Of a DNA stretch of 64,000 bases, positions 39,978 to 50,685 are shown one piece after another; the stretch's first letter is position 1; the number at the start of each line of letters is the position of its first letter. Origin of the DNA: Actinomycetota bacterium. GTDB taxonomy: Bacteria; Actinomycetota; Geothermincolia; Fen-727; Anoxymicrobiaceae. Below the pieces are notes generated by a model, which did not search any database, was not told the DNA's origin, and saw only the letters and a program-made list of their open reading frames with translations. A program made the translations under genes and the position numbers. The stretch is taken from positions 55,462 through 119,461 of the forward strand of contig JAHIMR010000096.1 in NCBI GenBank assembly GCA_018896525.1, in the 5' to 3' direction.

Positions 39978-41003
39978 ATGGAGGGAAGCATGGCCAGGAG
40001 GAGAGTAACGCTCATCCCCGGTGACGGGATTGGTCCGTCAATCGTGGAGGCGGCGCTGGCGGTGATGGACGCGGCGGGGGCCCAGGTTGAGTGGGACCGG
40101 CAGGAGGCCGGCGCCGACGTAATGGACAAGTACGGAACACCGCTTCCCGAGGCGGTACTCGATAACATCCGCGAGAACGGCGTCGCCTACAAGGGGCCTA
40201 TCACTACCCCGGTGGCAAGCGGATTCAGGAGCGTCAACGTGGCGCTGCGCAAGAAGCTGGACCTGTACGCCTGTGTGCGTCCGGCGTTCTACATCGAGGG
40301 TGTGCGGACCCCGTACAGGGACATCGACCTGGTGGTGGTGCGGGAGAACCTGGAGGACCTGTACGCGGGCATCGAGCACATGATTACCCCCGATGTGGCC
40401 GAGTCCATCAAGGTTATCACCAGAAAAGGGTCAGAGCGGGTAATCCGCTTCGCGTTCGAGTACGTGAGGAGGTACAACCGCAAGAAACTCACCGTGGTCC
40501 ACAAGGCCAACATAATGAAGATGACCGACGGACTGTTCCTGGAAACCGCGCGGAGTCTTTCCGGGGAGTATCCCGACGTGGAGTTCGAGGAGCGGATCGT
40601 GGACAACATGTGCATGCAGCTTGTCCAGAAACCCCAGATATATGACGTGATGGTAATGCCTAACCTCTACGGTGATATACTCAGCGACCTGTGCGCCGGC
40701 CTGGTGGGCGGCCTCGGGATAGCCCCCAGCTCCAACCTGGGGGACGGGGAGATGGCGGTGTTTGAGCCGGCCCACGGCAGCGCCCCCAAGTACCTCGGCA
40801 TGGACAAGGTCGACCCCACCGCGCAGATACTCTCCGGGTACCTCATGCTCCAGCATATCGGCCAGCAGGAGGCGGCCGAGAGGGTTCTCGCGGGGGTTTC
40901 CGAGGTGATAGGGGAGGGCAAGGTCGTCACCTACGACATTGGCGGCGACGCCAGGACCAGCGAGATGGCCAGCGCAATCGTGAGCGCGATAGAGAGGATG
41001 TAA
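39978..41003 (+). CDS. Isocitrate dehydrogenase-like beta-decarboxylating dehydrogenase (NAD(P)-dependent)
   Basis: [11 protein letters not shown]; [31 protein letters not shown] and [14 protein letters not shown] resemble IDH3/homoisocitrate-DH-type enzymes more than Leu[10 protein letters not shown] present. Confidence 0.75.
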   Translation: MEGSMARRRVTLIPGDGIGPSIVEAALAVMDAAGAQVEWDRQEAGADVMDKYGTPLPEAVLDNIRENGVAYKGPITTPVASGFRSVNVALRKKLDLYACVRPAFYIEGVRTPYRDIDLVVVRENLEDLYAGIEHMITPDVAESIKVITRKGSERVIRFAFEYVRRYNRKKLTVVHKANIMKMTDGLFLETARSLSGEYPDVEFEERIVDNMCMQLVQKPQIYDVMVMPNLYGDILSDLCAGLVGGLGIAPSSNLGDGEMAVFEPAHGSAPKYLGMDKVDPTAQILSGYLMLQHIGQQEAAERVLAGVSEVIGEGKVVTYDIGGDARTSEMASAIVSAIERM

Positions 41004-41030
41004 TGGAGCGGCTGAAGGTGGGGGAAAAAC

Positions 41031-42707
41031 ATGCGTAGCGATATGATGAAGAAAGGTCGCGAGAGGGCGGGGCACCGCTCGCTCCTGCGGGCGCTGGGGC
41101 TATCCGGCGAGGAGATAGACCGGCCGATAATAGGGATCGCCGGCTCGGCCAACGAGCTGGTGCCGGGCCACATCCACCTGGACAGGGTGAATGACGCCGC
41201 CTGCGCCGGGGTGCGGATGGCTGGGGGTACCCCCCTGGTGTTCAACACCATAGCGGTTTGCGACGGCATAGCCATGGGCCATCCGGGGATGAGGTACTCA
41301 CTCCCCTCGAGGGAGATAATCAGCTATACGGTGGAGATAATGGTCAGGGCACACGCGCTGGACGGCGTGGTCCTGGTACCTAACTGCGACAAGGTCGTGC
41401 CGGGGATGTTGATGGCCGCAGCCCGCATGGACGTCCCGGCGGCGATGGTAAGCGGCGGGCCGATGATGGCGGGCCGTATCCAGGGGCGCAAGAGCGACCT
41501 TATCCAGGTGATGGAGGCGTCCGCCTCGGGGGAGGTCAGCGACGAGGAGCTTGCACGGCTGGAGGAGTGCGCCTGCCCGGGCGCCGGTTGCTGCTCCGGC
41601 CTGTTCACCGCCAACAGCATGAACTGCCTGTCGGAGGCGCTGGGTATGGCGTTGCCCGGCAACGGCACGATCCCCGCGATAGACGCGGCCAGGACCAGGA
41701 TCGCCACCGCCACCGGCGCTGCGGCGGTACGGCTGGCGAAGGCGGAGACGGCACCCGCGGCCATACTGACCGAGAGGGCGTTTCACAACGCACTTGCGGT
41801 GGACATGGCGATAGGGGGCTCGACGAACTCGCTGCTCCACCTGCCCGCGATCGCCCACGAGGTGGGGATATCGCTCGACCTGGAGGTCGTGGACAGGATC
41901 TGTGCCGCAACGCCGAACCTGTGCCGGATAGCACCGTCGGGCGGCAGCAGGCACCACATGGAGGACCTCTACCGTGCGGGAGGGGTCCCGGCGGTCCTGG
42001 GAGAATTGGATTCGATAGGGGCGGTAGACCTCGACGTGCCCACCGTGACCGGGAAGACACTGGCCCAGAACATCGCCGGGGCGCGGAGCCTTGACACAGA
42101 GGTGATAAGGCCCGCGACAGATCCGTACTCAACCAGCGGAGGGCTTGCCGTCCTCAAGGGGACGCTGGCGCCGGACGGCGCCGTGCTCAAGGAGGCGGCG
42201 ATCGGGGAGAAGATGCGCCGTCACCGAGGCCCGGCCAGGGTGTTCGATTCCGAGGAGGATGCCATAGAGGTAATAAGGGGCGGCGGCATCAACAACGGCG
42301 ATGTCGTACTCATAAGGTACGAGGGGCCACGAGGCGGCCCGGGTATGAGGGAGATGCTACTGCCTACCGCCACCATAGCCGGGATGGGCCTCGACGACGA
42401 GGTGCTCCTGGTGACCGACGGCCGTTTCTCGGGGGGGACTAGAGGGGGGGCAGTCGGGCACGTGTCGCCGGAGGCGGCGGCGGGCGGGCCGATCTCGCTG
42501 GTGGCCGAAGGGGACATGGTGGAGATAAACGTGGAGGAGCGGAGGCTGGACCTGCTGGTCGAAGACCAGGAGTTGGAGCGCAGGCGGCGGAAGTGGAGTC
42601 CTCCCGAGGGAGAGGAGGGCAGCGGCCTGCTGGCGGTCTACTCTAGAATCGTGGGAAGCGCGGCGGGTGGCGCGGTAGTGGACGTCAGGAACATCAGGCC
42701 GGATTGA
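41031..42707 (+). CDS. ilvD: Dihydroxy-acid dehydratase
   Basis: RSLLRALG..., [13 protein letters not shown] and TDGRFSGGT motifs. Confidence 0.95.
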   Translation: MRSDMMKKGRERAGHRSLLRALGLSGEEIDRPIIGIAGSANELVPGHIHLDRVNDAACAGVRMAGGTPLVFNTIAVCDGIAMGHPGMRYSLPSREIISYTVEIMVRAHALDGVVLVPNCDKVVPGMLMAAARMDVPAAMVSGGPMMAGRIQGRKSDLIQVMEASASGEVSDEELARLEECACPGAGCCSGLFTANSMNCLSEALGMALPGNGTIPAIDAARTRIATATGAAAVRLAKAETAPAAILTERAFHNALAVDMAIGGSTNSLLHLPAIAHEVGISLDLEVVDRICAATPNLCRIAPSGGSRHHMEDLYRAGGVPAVLGELDSIGAVDLDVPTVTGKTLAQNIAGARSLDTEVIRPATDPYSTSGGLAVLKGTLAPDGAVLKEAAIGEKMRRHRGPARVFDSEEDAIEVIRGGGINNGDVVLIRYEGPRGGPGMREMLLPTATIAGMGLDDEVLLVTDGRFSGGTRGGAVGHVSPEAAAGGPISLVAEGDMVEINVEERRLDLLVEDQELERRRRKWSPPEGEEGSGLLAVYSRIVGSAAGGAVVDVRNIRPD

Positions 42708-42757
42708 TAAGCACCGGTGGAGTGCGGAGCATCGAAGCAGAGAGGAGGTCGGCCAAC

Positions 42758-44452
42758 GTGAGGATGAGCGGCGCTGAGGCCATATTGAAGAGCCTGGAGA
42801 AAGAGGGAGTGGACGTCATCTTCGGCATCCCCGGGGGCGTGATGATACCGTTGTACGACGTGCTGATGGATTCGAAGAATATCAGGCATATCCTTACCAG
42901 GCACGAGCAGGGTGCCGCGCACGCAGCCGACGGTTACGCCCGGGCCACCGGGAAGGTTGGTGTGTGTATGGCGACCAGCGGGCCCGGGGCCTGCAACCTG
43001 GTCACCGGACTTGCCACAGCGAACATGGACTCGGTGCCGGTCGTCGCGATAACCGGACAGGTCGGGACCCACGTGATAGGCACCGACGCCTTCCAGGAGG
43101 CCGACACCACGGGGATAACGTTGTCCATGGTCAAGCACAACTACCTGTTGAAGGACCCCTCCGAGATACCGGAGGTCATGCAGGAGGCTTTCCTGATAGC
43201 GTCAACCGGCCGCCCCGGCGTGGTGGTGGTGGACCTTCCCGTCGATGTCTGCAGGGGAGAACTCAACTTCAAGTACCCCGAGAAGCGGACAAGACTTCCC
43301 GGCTACAAACCTACGACAACAGGTAACGCCCGCCAGATAAAGGCGGCGTCGAAGCTCATCGTTTCCGCCGAGCGTCCCGTCCTGTACGCCGGCGGCGGCG
43401 TGGTGGCCTCGGGCGCATCTCAGGAGTTGCGGAAACTTGCGCGCTTGCTCGAACTGCCGGTGACCACGACGCTACTGGGCAAGGGCGTGTTCCCCGAGAC
43501 CGATAAGCTGTCACTGGGCATGCTGGGGATGCACGGGACCTCTTATGCCAACTTCGTGATGATGGAGACGGACCTCATAATCGCGGTGGGTGCCAGGTTC
43601 GACGACCGCATCACCGGGCGGCTGGACACGTTCGCGCCCCACGCGAAGGTAATCCACGTGGACATCGACCCCGCCGAGATAAGCAAGAACGTGAAGGCGG
43701 ACATCCCGATCGTGGGGGACGCCGGGAAGGTCTTGAAAGAGATGCTGACGGCTCTTGAGCCGGAGGTCGAAGCGGGCAAGGGGAAGGACCTGAAGCCGTG
43801 GCACCGCCTGATAAGGGAGTGGAAGAAGGAGTACCCCCTCCTCGTCCCCGAGGGGGGCTTGAGGCCCCAGTTCGTGGTAAGCGAGATATACCGCGTTACA
43901 AAGGGGAAGGCGTTGATCGTGACCGAGGTAGGGCAGAACCAGATGTGGGCGGCCCAGTTCTACAAGTCGACGAAGCCCCGTCACTTCCTGTCCTCCGGCG
44001 GCCTGGGAACGATGGGGTACGGCTTTCCGGCGGCGATCGGGGCCAAGGTGGGGTGCCCGGACTCGCTGGTCATCGATATCGCGGGCGATGGGTCCATACA
44101 GATGAACGTCCAGGAGCTCGCCACCGCGGTCATCGAAAAGATCCCGGTGGTAGTAGCCATACTCAACAACGGGTACCTGGGGATGGTAAGGCAGTGGCAG
44201 GAACTGTTCTACGACAGGCGTTACTCGCATACCGACCTGCAGACAAACGTGTCTCCCGACTTCGTCAAGCTCGCCGAGGCGTACGGGGCTATGGGGTTAC
44301 GGGTAACCAAACCGGAGGAGGTCGCGCCGGCGCTTCGCCGGGCGTTCAAGGCACGCGTACCGGTTTTCATAGATTTCGTGGTCGAACCCGAGGAGAACGT
44401 CTTTCCGATGGTGGCACCGGGGGCGTCACTGGACGATATGATTGGGGGTTAG
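42758..44452 (+). CDS. ilvB: Acetolactate synthase large subunit
   Basis: [24 protein letters not shown], and ThDP motif [14 protein letters not shown]...NNGYLGMV. Start GTG 42758 or ATG 42764, downstream of GAGGAGG. Confidence 0.92.
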   Translation: MRMSGAEAILKSLEKEGVDVIFGIPGGVMIPLYDVLMDSKNIRHILTRHEQGAAHAADGYARATGKVGVCMATSGPGACNLVTGLATANMDSVPVVAITGQVGTHVIGTDAFQEADTTGITLSMVKHNYLLKDPSEIPEVMQEAFLIASTGRPGVVVVDLPVDVCRGELNFKYPEKRTRLPGYKPTTTGNARQIKAASKLIVSAERPVLYAGGGVVASGASQELRKLARLLELPVTTTLLGKGVFPETDKLSLGMLGMHGTSYANFVMMETDLIIAVGARFDDRITGRLDTFAPHAKVIHVDIDPAEISKNVKADIPIVGDAGKVLKEMLTALEPEVEAGKGKDLKPWHRLIREWKKEYPLLVPEGGLRPQFVVSEIYRVTKGKALIVTEVGQNQMWAAQFYKSTKPRHFLSSGGLGTMGYGFPAAIGAKVGCPDSLVIDIAGDGSIQMNVQELATAVIEKIPVVVAILNNGYLGMVRQWQELFYDRRYSHTDLQTNVSPDFVKLAEAYGAMGLRVTKPEEVAPALRRAFKARVPVFIDFVVEPEENVFPMVAPGASLDDMIGG

Positions 44453-44456
44453 GGCG

Positions 44457-44930
44457 GTGAAACACACCCTGTCGATACTGGTGGAGAACAAGCCGGGGGT
44501 CCTGGCGCGGGTGGCGGGGCTTTTCTCCCGGAGGGGTTTCAACATTGACAGCCTGGCGGTGGCGGTGACCGAGAAGCCGGAGTTGTCCCGCATGACCGTG
44601 GTCGTTGATGTGGAGGAGCACTCCCTGGAGCAGGTGCACAAGCAGCTCAATAAGCTGATAAACGTCATCAAGGTCACCGACCTGCCGGCCGAGAACAGCG
44701 TCCAGAGAGAACTGGTGCTGTTCAAGGTGAAGACGAACCCCAACACCAGGGCGGAGATCATAGAGATAGTGGATATCTTCCGGGGGAAGATAGTGGATGT
44801 AGGAAGCGGAACTCTGGGCGTTGAGATAACCGGTACCGGCACCAAGATAAAGGCTCTGGAGGACCTGCTGAAGCCGTACGGAGTGGTCGAATGCGCGCGC
44901 ACAGGCATGGTGGCACTCCCCAGGGGCTAG
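44457..44930 (+). CDS. ilvN: Acetolactate synthase small (regulatory, ACT) subunit
   Basis: HTLSILVENKPGVLARVAGLFSRRGFNIDSL. GTG start 5 nt after the ilvB stop. Confidence 0.9.
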   Translation: MKHTLSILVENKPGVLARVAGLFSRRGFNIDSLAVAVTEKPELSRMTVVVDVEEHSLEQVHKQLNKLINVIKVTDLPAENSVQRELVLFKVKTNPNTRAEIIEIVDIFRGKIVDVGSGTLGVEITGTGTKIKALEDLLKPYGVVECARTGMVALPRG

Positions 44931-45092
44931 TGTTCCGTCTCATAAGTACGGTGACGCACCGAGAGCGTAGAAGCGCCGCTCCGGCAAGGCGCGCGACTGA
45001 GACGTACTCCTGTAGTACGTCGAGAGAGCGGAACGCAGCAGGAGCGGATGCAGCGGCGTTCGAATGCCATTGTATTTGTGAGACGGGACACT
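44930..45092 (-). repeat. MITE-like palindromic intergenic element, copy C (inverted orientation; TA on both flanks)
   Basis: Reverse complement closely matches copy D. Its first base is the G of the ilvN TAG stop. Flanks are TA|...|TA. Confidence 0.8.
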
Positions 45093-45108
45093 AACTGAAC
45101 AAGGAGGC

Positions 45109-46104
45109 GTGATGGCGGCGAAGATATACTACGAAGACGACGCGAACCCGGAGGCGCTTAGAGGGCAGAAGATAGCGGTCATCGGCTACGGGAGCCAGGG
45201 GCACGCGCAGGCGCAGAACCTGAACGATAGCGGGCTTGACGTGGTTGTCGGCCTCCGCGAGGGGGACCCGGACGTGGGGGCGGCACGCGACGCGGGCCTG
45301 GAGGTGGCGACGGTGGAGGAGGCGGCACGTTCGGCCGACATCATAATGATGCTTATCCCCGACGACCAGCAGGCGAAGGTCTACAGGGACTCCATCCGCC
45401 CGGGATTGAAGAGCGGAAACGCGCTGTTTTTCGCGCACGGATTCAACATCCATTTCGACCAGATAACACCGCCCGACGACGTGGACGTGATAATGGTTGC
45501 GCCCAAGGCCCCGGGCGTCATGGTACGGAAGACTTATGTCGAAGGGAACGGCGTTCCCTGCCTGCTGGCGATCGAGCAGGATTACACCGGCAAAGCGCAC
45601 GAGCGCGGCCTGGCATACGCCCGGGGGCTCGGGGCCACTCGCGCCGGCGTCCTCGAGACCACGTTCGCCGAGGAGACCGAGACGGACCTGTTCGGGGAGC
45701 AGGCGGTCCTGTGCGGAGGCGCCTCGGAGCTTATCAAGGCCGGGTTCGACACGCTTGTGGAGGCGGGCTACCAGCCGGAGATAGCTTACTTCGAGTGCCT
45801 GCACGAGTTGAAACTGATAGTTGACCTGATACACTACCACGGTATCAGCGGGATGCGCGCCCGCGTGAGCGATACCGCCGAGTACGGGGACCTGACCAGG
45901 GGCAAGAGAGTCATCAGCCCCGCCGTGCGCGCGGAGATGCGCGCTATGCTGGAGGAGATACAGACCGGAAAGTTCGCCACCGAGTGGGTGCTCGAAAACC
46001 AGGCGAACCGGGCGTCGTTCAAGGCGCTTGAGCGGCTCGAGGCGGCCCACCCCCTGGAGGAACTGGGAGAACGCCTGCGGTCGATGATGAAATGGCTGGA
46101 TTGA
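45109..46104 (+). CDS. ilvC: Ketol-acid reductoisomerase (class I)
   Basis: [18 protein letters not shown] and typical 331-aa length. Confidence 0.95.
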   Translation: MMAAKIYYEDDANPEALRGQKIAVIGYGSQGHAQAQNLNDSGLDVVVGLREGDPDVGAARDAGLEVATVEEAARSADIIMMLIPDDQQAKVYRDSIRPGLKSGNALFFAHGFNIHFDQITPPDDVDVIMVAPKAPGVMVRKTYVEGNGVPCLLAIEQDYTGKAHERGLAYARGLGATRAGVLETTFAEETETDLFGEQAVLCGGASELIKAGFDTLVEAGYQPEIAYFECLHELKLIVDLIHYHGISGMRARVSDTAEYGDLTRGKRVISPAVRAEMRAMLEEIQTGKFATEWVLENQANRASFKALERLEAAHPLEELGERLRSMMKWLD

Positions 46105-46189
46105 GGGGCGACTTCAGTCGCCCGACCCCCCACTTGAGAGGCGACGCCCGTTCGCCCGATTGGGCGGGAGAAACAAAGGAGAAAAGACA

Positions 46190-47347
46190 TTGAAGAAGGA
46201 CCGTATATTCACGCCGGGCCCGACACCGGTGCCGCTCCCGGTGGGCCTGTCGCAGGTGAGGATGGTGCACCACCGCTCCCCCGAATTCGGAGAGCTGCTC
46301 GGGCGGGTCCTGGATGGGCTCAAGTACGTTTTCCAGACTGACAACGAGGTGCTCCTGTTCACGTCCAGCGGCACCGGTGCGATGGAAGGGGCGGTGGCGA
46401 ACTGCTTCAGCCCCGGCGACAGGGTGGCGGTGTTCTGCGGTGGCAAGTTCGGAGAGAGGCTTGCCGACATAAGTGAGTCATTCGGGTTGGACGTTATACG
46501 AGTGTCCTATGAGTGGGGCCAGTCCGCGGACCCGCTCACAGCCGAGAAGCTCCTGGAGGAGAACCGTGACCTCAAGGGGGTCATGCTGACCCAGAGTGAA
46601 ACGTCCACCGGGGCAGTGAACGACGTTGAGGCGTTCGGGCGCGTGGTGAGCGGGAGCGACGCGCTCTTCGTGGTAGACGCGATAAGCGGGCTGGGCGCGG
46701 TTCAGTTCAAGACCGACGACTGGAACGTGGACGTGGCGGTGAGCGGCTCACAGAAAGCGTTGATGACACCGCCGGGGCTCGCGTTCGCGGCGTTGAGCGA
46801 TAAGGCCTGGAAGGCGGTGGAGCGCGCCACGCTGCCGAGTTACTACTTCTGCTTCAAGACAGCCCGCGAGACGCAGCAGAAGAAGCCGCCCCAGACCCCT
46901 TTCACCCCGGCGATAACGCTGGTGCAGGCGCTTGACCAGGCGATCGAGATGATGAAGCGGGAGGGCCTTACACAGATATTCGCGCGTCACCGCTTGCTGG
47001 CGGAAGCCACCCAGGCGGCGGTGGAGGCGCTGGGTCTCAGGTTCGTGGCAGCAGACCGCTCCCGGGCGTTCGTGACCACCTCGGTGTGGTCCCCCGAGGG
47101 CGTCGACTCCGGAGACCTGGTGCGGCTGATGCGGAACGAGTACGGGGTATTCATCGCCGGAGGTCAGGGGAAGCTCAAGGGAAAGATATTCCGGCTGGGC
47201 CACGTGGGGTACTTCGACGGCTTCGATATCGTGGCCCAGGTAAGCGCGTTGGAGATGGCGCTGGGGCGACTGGGGTACCGGTTCGAGGTCGGGAGTGGGG
47301 TCGCGGCCGCGCAGGGAGTGCTGGTAGACGGGCAGGAAGTCCAGTGA
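46190..47347 (+). CDS. Class V aminotransferase (serine-pyruvate / phosphoserine aminotransferase type)
   Basis: FTPGPTPVP..., SGSQKALM (PLP lysine). Immediately upstream of serA, suggesting SerC-like function. The start (TTG 46190 or earlier 46160) is uncertain. Confidence 0.8.
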   Translation: MKKDRIFTPGPTPVPLPVGLSQVRMVHHRSPEFGELLGRVLDGLKYVFQTDNEVLLFTSSGTGAMEGAVANCFSPGDRVAVFCGGKFGERLADISESFGLDVIRVSYEWGQSADPLTAEKLLEENRDLKGVMLTQSETSTGAVNDVEAFGRVVSGSDALFVVDAISGLGAVQFKTDDWNVDVAVSGSQKALMTPPGLAFAALSDKAWKAVERATLPSYYFCFKTARETQQKKPPQTPFTPAITLVQALDQAIEMMKREGLTQIFARHRLLAEATQAAVEALGLRFVAADRSRAFVTTSVWSPEGVDSGDLVRLMRNEYGVFIAGGQGKLKGKIFRLGHVGYFDGFDIVAQVSALEMALGRLGYRFEVGSGVAAAQGVLVDGQEVQ

Positions 47348-47506
47348 CCCGTCTCACAAATACAATGGCATTCGAACGCCGCTGCATCCGCTCCCGCTGC
47401 GTTCCGCTCCCTGCGACGTACTCAGTGAGTACGCCTCAGTCGCGCGCCTTGCCGGAGCGGCGCACCGACGCTCTCGGTGCGTCACCGTACTTATGAGACG
47501 GGACAC
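47344..47506 (+). repeat. MITE-like palindromic intergenic element, copy D
   Basis: Same family. The aminotransferase TGA stop (47345-47347) lies inside the terminal GTGACCCGTCTCA. Confidence 0.8.
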
Positions 47507-47525
47507 TACTAGATCGGAGGGGAGT

Positions 47526-49121
47526 ATGGGCGATACGCCCACGTACAAGGTGCTGGTCGCGGAGAAGATATCTCTCGAGGGAATCGAGAAGCTGAAGGAG
47601 AGGTTCGAGGTTGACGCCTACACCAAGATGTCCGGAGAGGACCTGCTCGACTGCATAGGACGGTACGACGCCCTGGTGGTGAGAAGCGGCACCATGGTCG
47701 ATAGCGAGGTCATCGAGAAGGCGGAAAACCTCAAGATAATCGGCCGGGCGGGCATCGGTATCGATAACATAGACGTGGAGGCCGCCACCAGGAAGGGCGT
47801 GATGGTGGCCAACGTCCCCGAGAGCAACATCATCTCCGCCGCCGAGCACACGATGGCGATGCTGATGGCGGTAGCCAGGAACATACCGGAGGCCAACATC
47901 TCACTTTCCGGCGGCGAGTGGAACCGGTCGGCGTACCAGGGTGTGGAGCTTTACGGCAAGACGCTGGGCATCATCGGCCTGGGCCGGATCGGGGCCCTGG
48001 TGGCGGAGAGGGCGCTGGGGTTCGGCATGAAGCTGGCCGGGTTCGACCCGTTTATCTCCGCCCAGAAGGCGAAGCATCTCGGCGTGGAGTTGAAGGGGAG
48101 CCTGGACGAGGTCCTCCAGGTGGCGGACTTCATAACGTTGCACGTGCCCCGCAACGAGGAGACGTATCACCTCATCGGAAAAGACCAGCTGGCGATGGCC
48201 AAGGACTCGGTGAGGATAGTAAACGTCTCCCGGGGCGGTGTGGTGGACGAGGAGGCACTGGCCGAGGCGATGGATAGCGGCGTGGTCGCGGGGGCCGCCA
48301 TCGACGTGTTCGAGCATGAACCACCGGTGGACAGCCGCCTGTGCAAGATGCCGGGAGTGGTGGTAACGCCGCACCTGGGCGCCAGCACGACCGAGGCGCA
48401 GTACAAGGCCGGCGTGGCCATAGCCGAGCAGGTGATAGCGGCGCTGGAGGGCGAGTTCGTGGGGGGGGCGGTCAACATCGCGATGCCCCACAAGGAGGTG
48501 GTGGAGGCGCTCAAGCCGTACCTGCCTCTCTGTGAGAAGCTTGGCAAGCTCATCACCCACCTGGTGCACGGTGTCATCGACGAGATCGAGTTCGAGACGC
48601 TGGGGTTGATAAGTGAGTACGATACCTCCCTGCTCACGGTCGCGCTCTTGAAGGGGTTTCTGGAGAACGTGTCGACCGAGTCGGTCACCTACGTGAACGC
48701 GCCGATGCTGGCGATGGAGCGCGGCATCACGCTGAAGGAGAGCAAGAGCCGGCAGTCGAGGGATTACTTGAACCTCATCAACGTCTCCGCCCGCGACGAT
48801 AGAGGAAGGGTAACCGCCGGCGCCACGCTGGTCGGGAAGGACCAGGAGATGCTGGTCAACGTCCTCGATTTCAGCATTGATATCGCGCCAAGCAAGCACC
48901 TGGCGTTCATCAGGTACGAAGACCGGCCGGGGATGATCGGGAGGATCGGCAGCATCCTGGGCGAGAATAACATCAATATCGCCAGCCTGCGGGTGGGGCG
49001 AAGGAAGATAGACGGTGACGCGGCGATGGGAATTACCCTGGACAGGCCGATCACCCCTGATATCAAGGACCAGCTCAACTCCGAAGAAGGCATCGTAGAT
49101 GTCATATTCCTCTTCCTCTAG
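47526..49121 (+). CDS. serA: D-3-phosphoglycerate dehydrogenase (long form with ASB and ACT domains)
   Basis: KVLVAEKIS..., GIIGLGRIG (NAD), C-terminal ACT (GMIGRIGSILGENNINI). Start set at ATG 47526 after GGAGGGG. The track start 47493 lies in the repeat. Confidence 0.9.
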   Translation: MGDTPTYKVLVAEKISLEGIEKLKERFEVDAYTKMSGEDLLDCIGRYDALVVRSGTMVDSEVIEKAENLKIIGRAGIGIDNIDVEAATRKGVMVANVPESNIISAAEHTMAMLMAVARNIPEANISLSGGEWNRSAYQGVELYGKTLGIIGLGRIGALVAERALGFGMKLAGFDPFISAQKAKHLGVELKGSLDEVLQVADFITLHVPRNEETYHLIGKDQLAMAKDSVRIVNVSRGGVVDEEALAEAMDSGVVAGAAIDVFEHEPPVDSRLCKMPGVVVTPHLGASTTEAQYKAGVAIAEQVIAALEGEFVGGAVNIAMPHKEVVEALKPYLPLCEKLGKLITHLVHGVIDEIEFETLGLISEYDTSLLTVALLKGFLENVSTESVTYVNAPMLAMERGITLKESKSRQSRDYLNLINVSARDDRGRVTAGATLVGKDQEMLVNVLDFSIDIAPSKHLAFIRYEDRPGMIGRIGSILGENNINIASLRVGRRKIDGDAAMGITLDRPITPDIKDQLNSEEGIVDVIFLFL

Positions 49122-49129
49122 GAGTCATC

Positions 49130-50635
49130 ATGGAAGACCGGGTTCGCGTTTTTGACACGACGCTCCGTGACGGCGAGCAGTCTCCGGGGATAAGCCTGGG
49201 GGTGCGGGAGAAGGTCGAGATAGCAGAGCAGTTGCAGCGCCTGGGGGTGGATGTGATCGAGGCCGGGTTCCCGGCAACCAGCCAGGGCGACTTCGATGCC
49301 GTAAGCCTTATAGCCGGGAAGCTCCCGGAGACGGTCGTCTGCGCGCTTGCCCGGGCCAACACCGGCGATATAGACAGGGCCTGGGAGGCGGTCGCCGGCG
49401 CGGAGAGGCCGCGCATTCACACGTTCGTGAGCACCTCCGACATACACCTCGAGCACCAGCTGCGAAAGTCGCGCGACGAGGTGCTGGAGATGACCCGGGA
49501 ATCGGTGGCGCGGGCGCGCAGCCACTGCCCCGACGTGGAGTTCTCACCGATGGACGCCACCAGGAGCGACCCCGAGTACCTCTACCGGGTGCTAAGGGTC
49601 GCTATCGAGAACGGAGCCGGTGTCTTAAACATCCCCGACACCGTCGGGTACGCGGTCCCCCGGGAGTTCGCGGAACTCATCCGGGGGATCTTTGAAAACG
49701 TCGAAGGCATCGAGGGAGTCACTGTGAGCGTTCACTGCCATAACGACCTGGGACTGGCGGTGGCGAACTCGCTGGCGGCGCTGGAGGTGGGGGCCAGGCA
49801 GGTGGAGTGCGCCGTCAACGGCCTCGGGGAGAGGGCGGGCAACGCCAGCCTCGAGGAGATAGTCATGACGCTCAAGGTGAGAAACGACAGGTTGGGGCTA
49901 TGTACCGGGATAGACTCCACCGAGATAAGCAGGACCAGCCGCCTGGTCGCTTTGCTGACCGGGTACCCGGTGCAGCCCAACAAGGCGGTGGTGGGGAAGA
50001 ACGCCTTCGCCCACGAGTCGGGCATACACCAGGACGGGGTACTCAAGGAGAGGATCACCTACGAGATCATGGACGCGGCCAGCGTCGGTCTCGTGGAGAG
50101 CCACATCGTCCTGGGCAAGCACTCGGGCAGGCACGCATTCCGGGAGCAACTGGAGAGGCTGGGCTACTACCTGGAAGACGAGGAGTTGAACCAGGCGTTC
50201 ACCAGGTTCAAGGAGCTTGCCGACAAGAAAGGGTCGCTCAGCGGCGAGGACATCGAAGCGATCGCCGTAGAGTACATCAGGACCGAGGGACAGGAGTGGA
50301 AACTGGGCGGATACGAGGTCCACAGCGGTGGCAGCCAGGCGCCGCCAAGCGCCACCATAACGCTCGAGCGGGGGGAGGAGCACGTGACCGAGCGCGCCAT
50401 AGGGGACGGTATGGTTGACGCCGCCTGCAAGGCGATACGCGCGGCGCTGGGCATCGAGGCGCGGCTGTGCTCTTTCACGGTGGAGGCGATTACCGAGGGG
50501 CTCAACTCCCTGGGGGACGTAACGATCCAGCTCGACGTAAAAGGGCGAAGGGTAGTGGGGAGAGGGGTCTCGACCGACATCGTCGAGGCCAGCGCCCGCG
50601 CCTACCTGAACGCCGTTAATAAAGTGCTACGCTAG
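49130..50635 (+). CDS. leuA: 2-isopropylmalate synthase
   Basis: VFDTTLRDGEQSPG, HCHNDLGLAVANSLAA, and C-terminal LeuA dimerisation/regulatory domain. Confidence 0.9.
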   Translation: MEDRVRVFDTTLRDGEQSPGISLGVREKVEIAEQLQRLGVDVIEAGFPATSQGDFDAVSLIAGKLPETVVCALARANTGDIDRAWEAVAGAERPRIHTFVSTSDIHLEHQLRKSRDEVLEMTRESVARARSHCPDVEFSPMDATRSDPEYLYRVLRVAIENGAGVLNIPDTVGYAVPREFAELIRGIFENVEGIEGVTVSVHCHNDLGLAVANSLAALEVGARQVECAVNGLGERAGNASLEEIVMTLKVRNDRLGLCTGIDSTEISRTSRLVALLTGYPVQPNKAVVGKNAFAHESGIHQDGVLKERITYEIMDAASVGLVESHIVLGKHSGRHAFREQLERLGYYLEDEELNQAFTRFKELADKKGSLSGEDIEAIAVEYIRTEGQEWKLGGYEVHSGGSQAPPSATITLERGEEHVTERAIGDGMVDAACKAIRAALGIEARLCSFTVEAITEGLNSLGDVTIQLDVKGRRVVGRGVSTDIVEASARAYLNAVNKVLR

Positions 50636-50685
50636 CATGCGAAAAGTGGACTTGATATTTACATGTTTAAGGTAAGGACCGGAAG

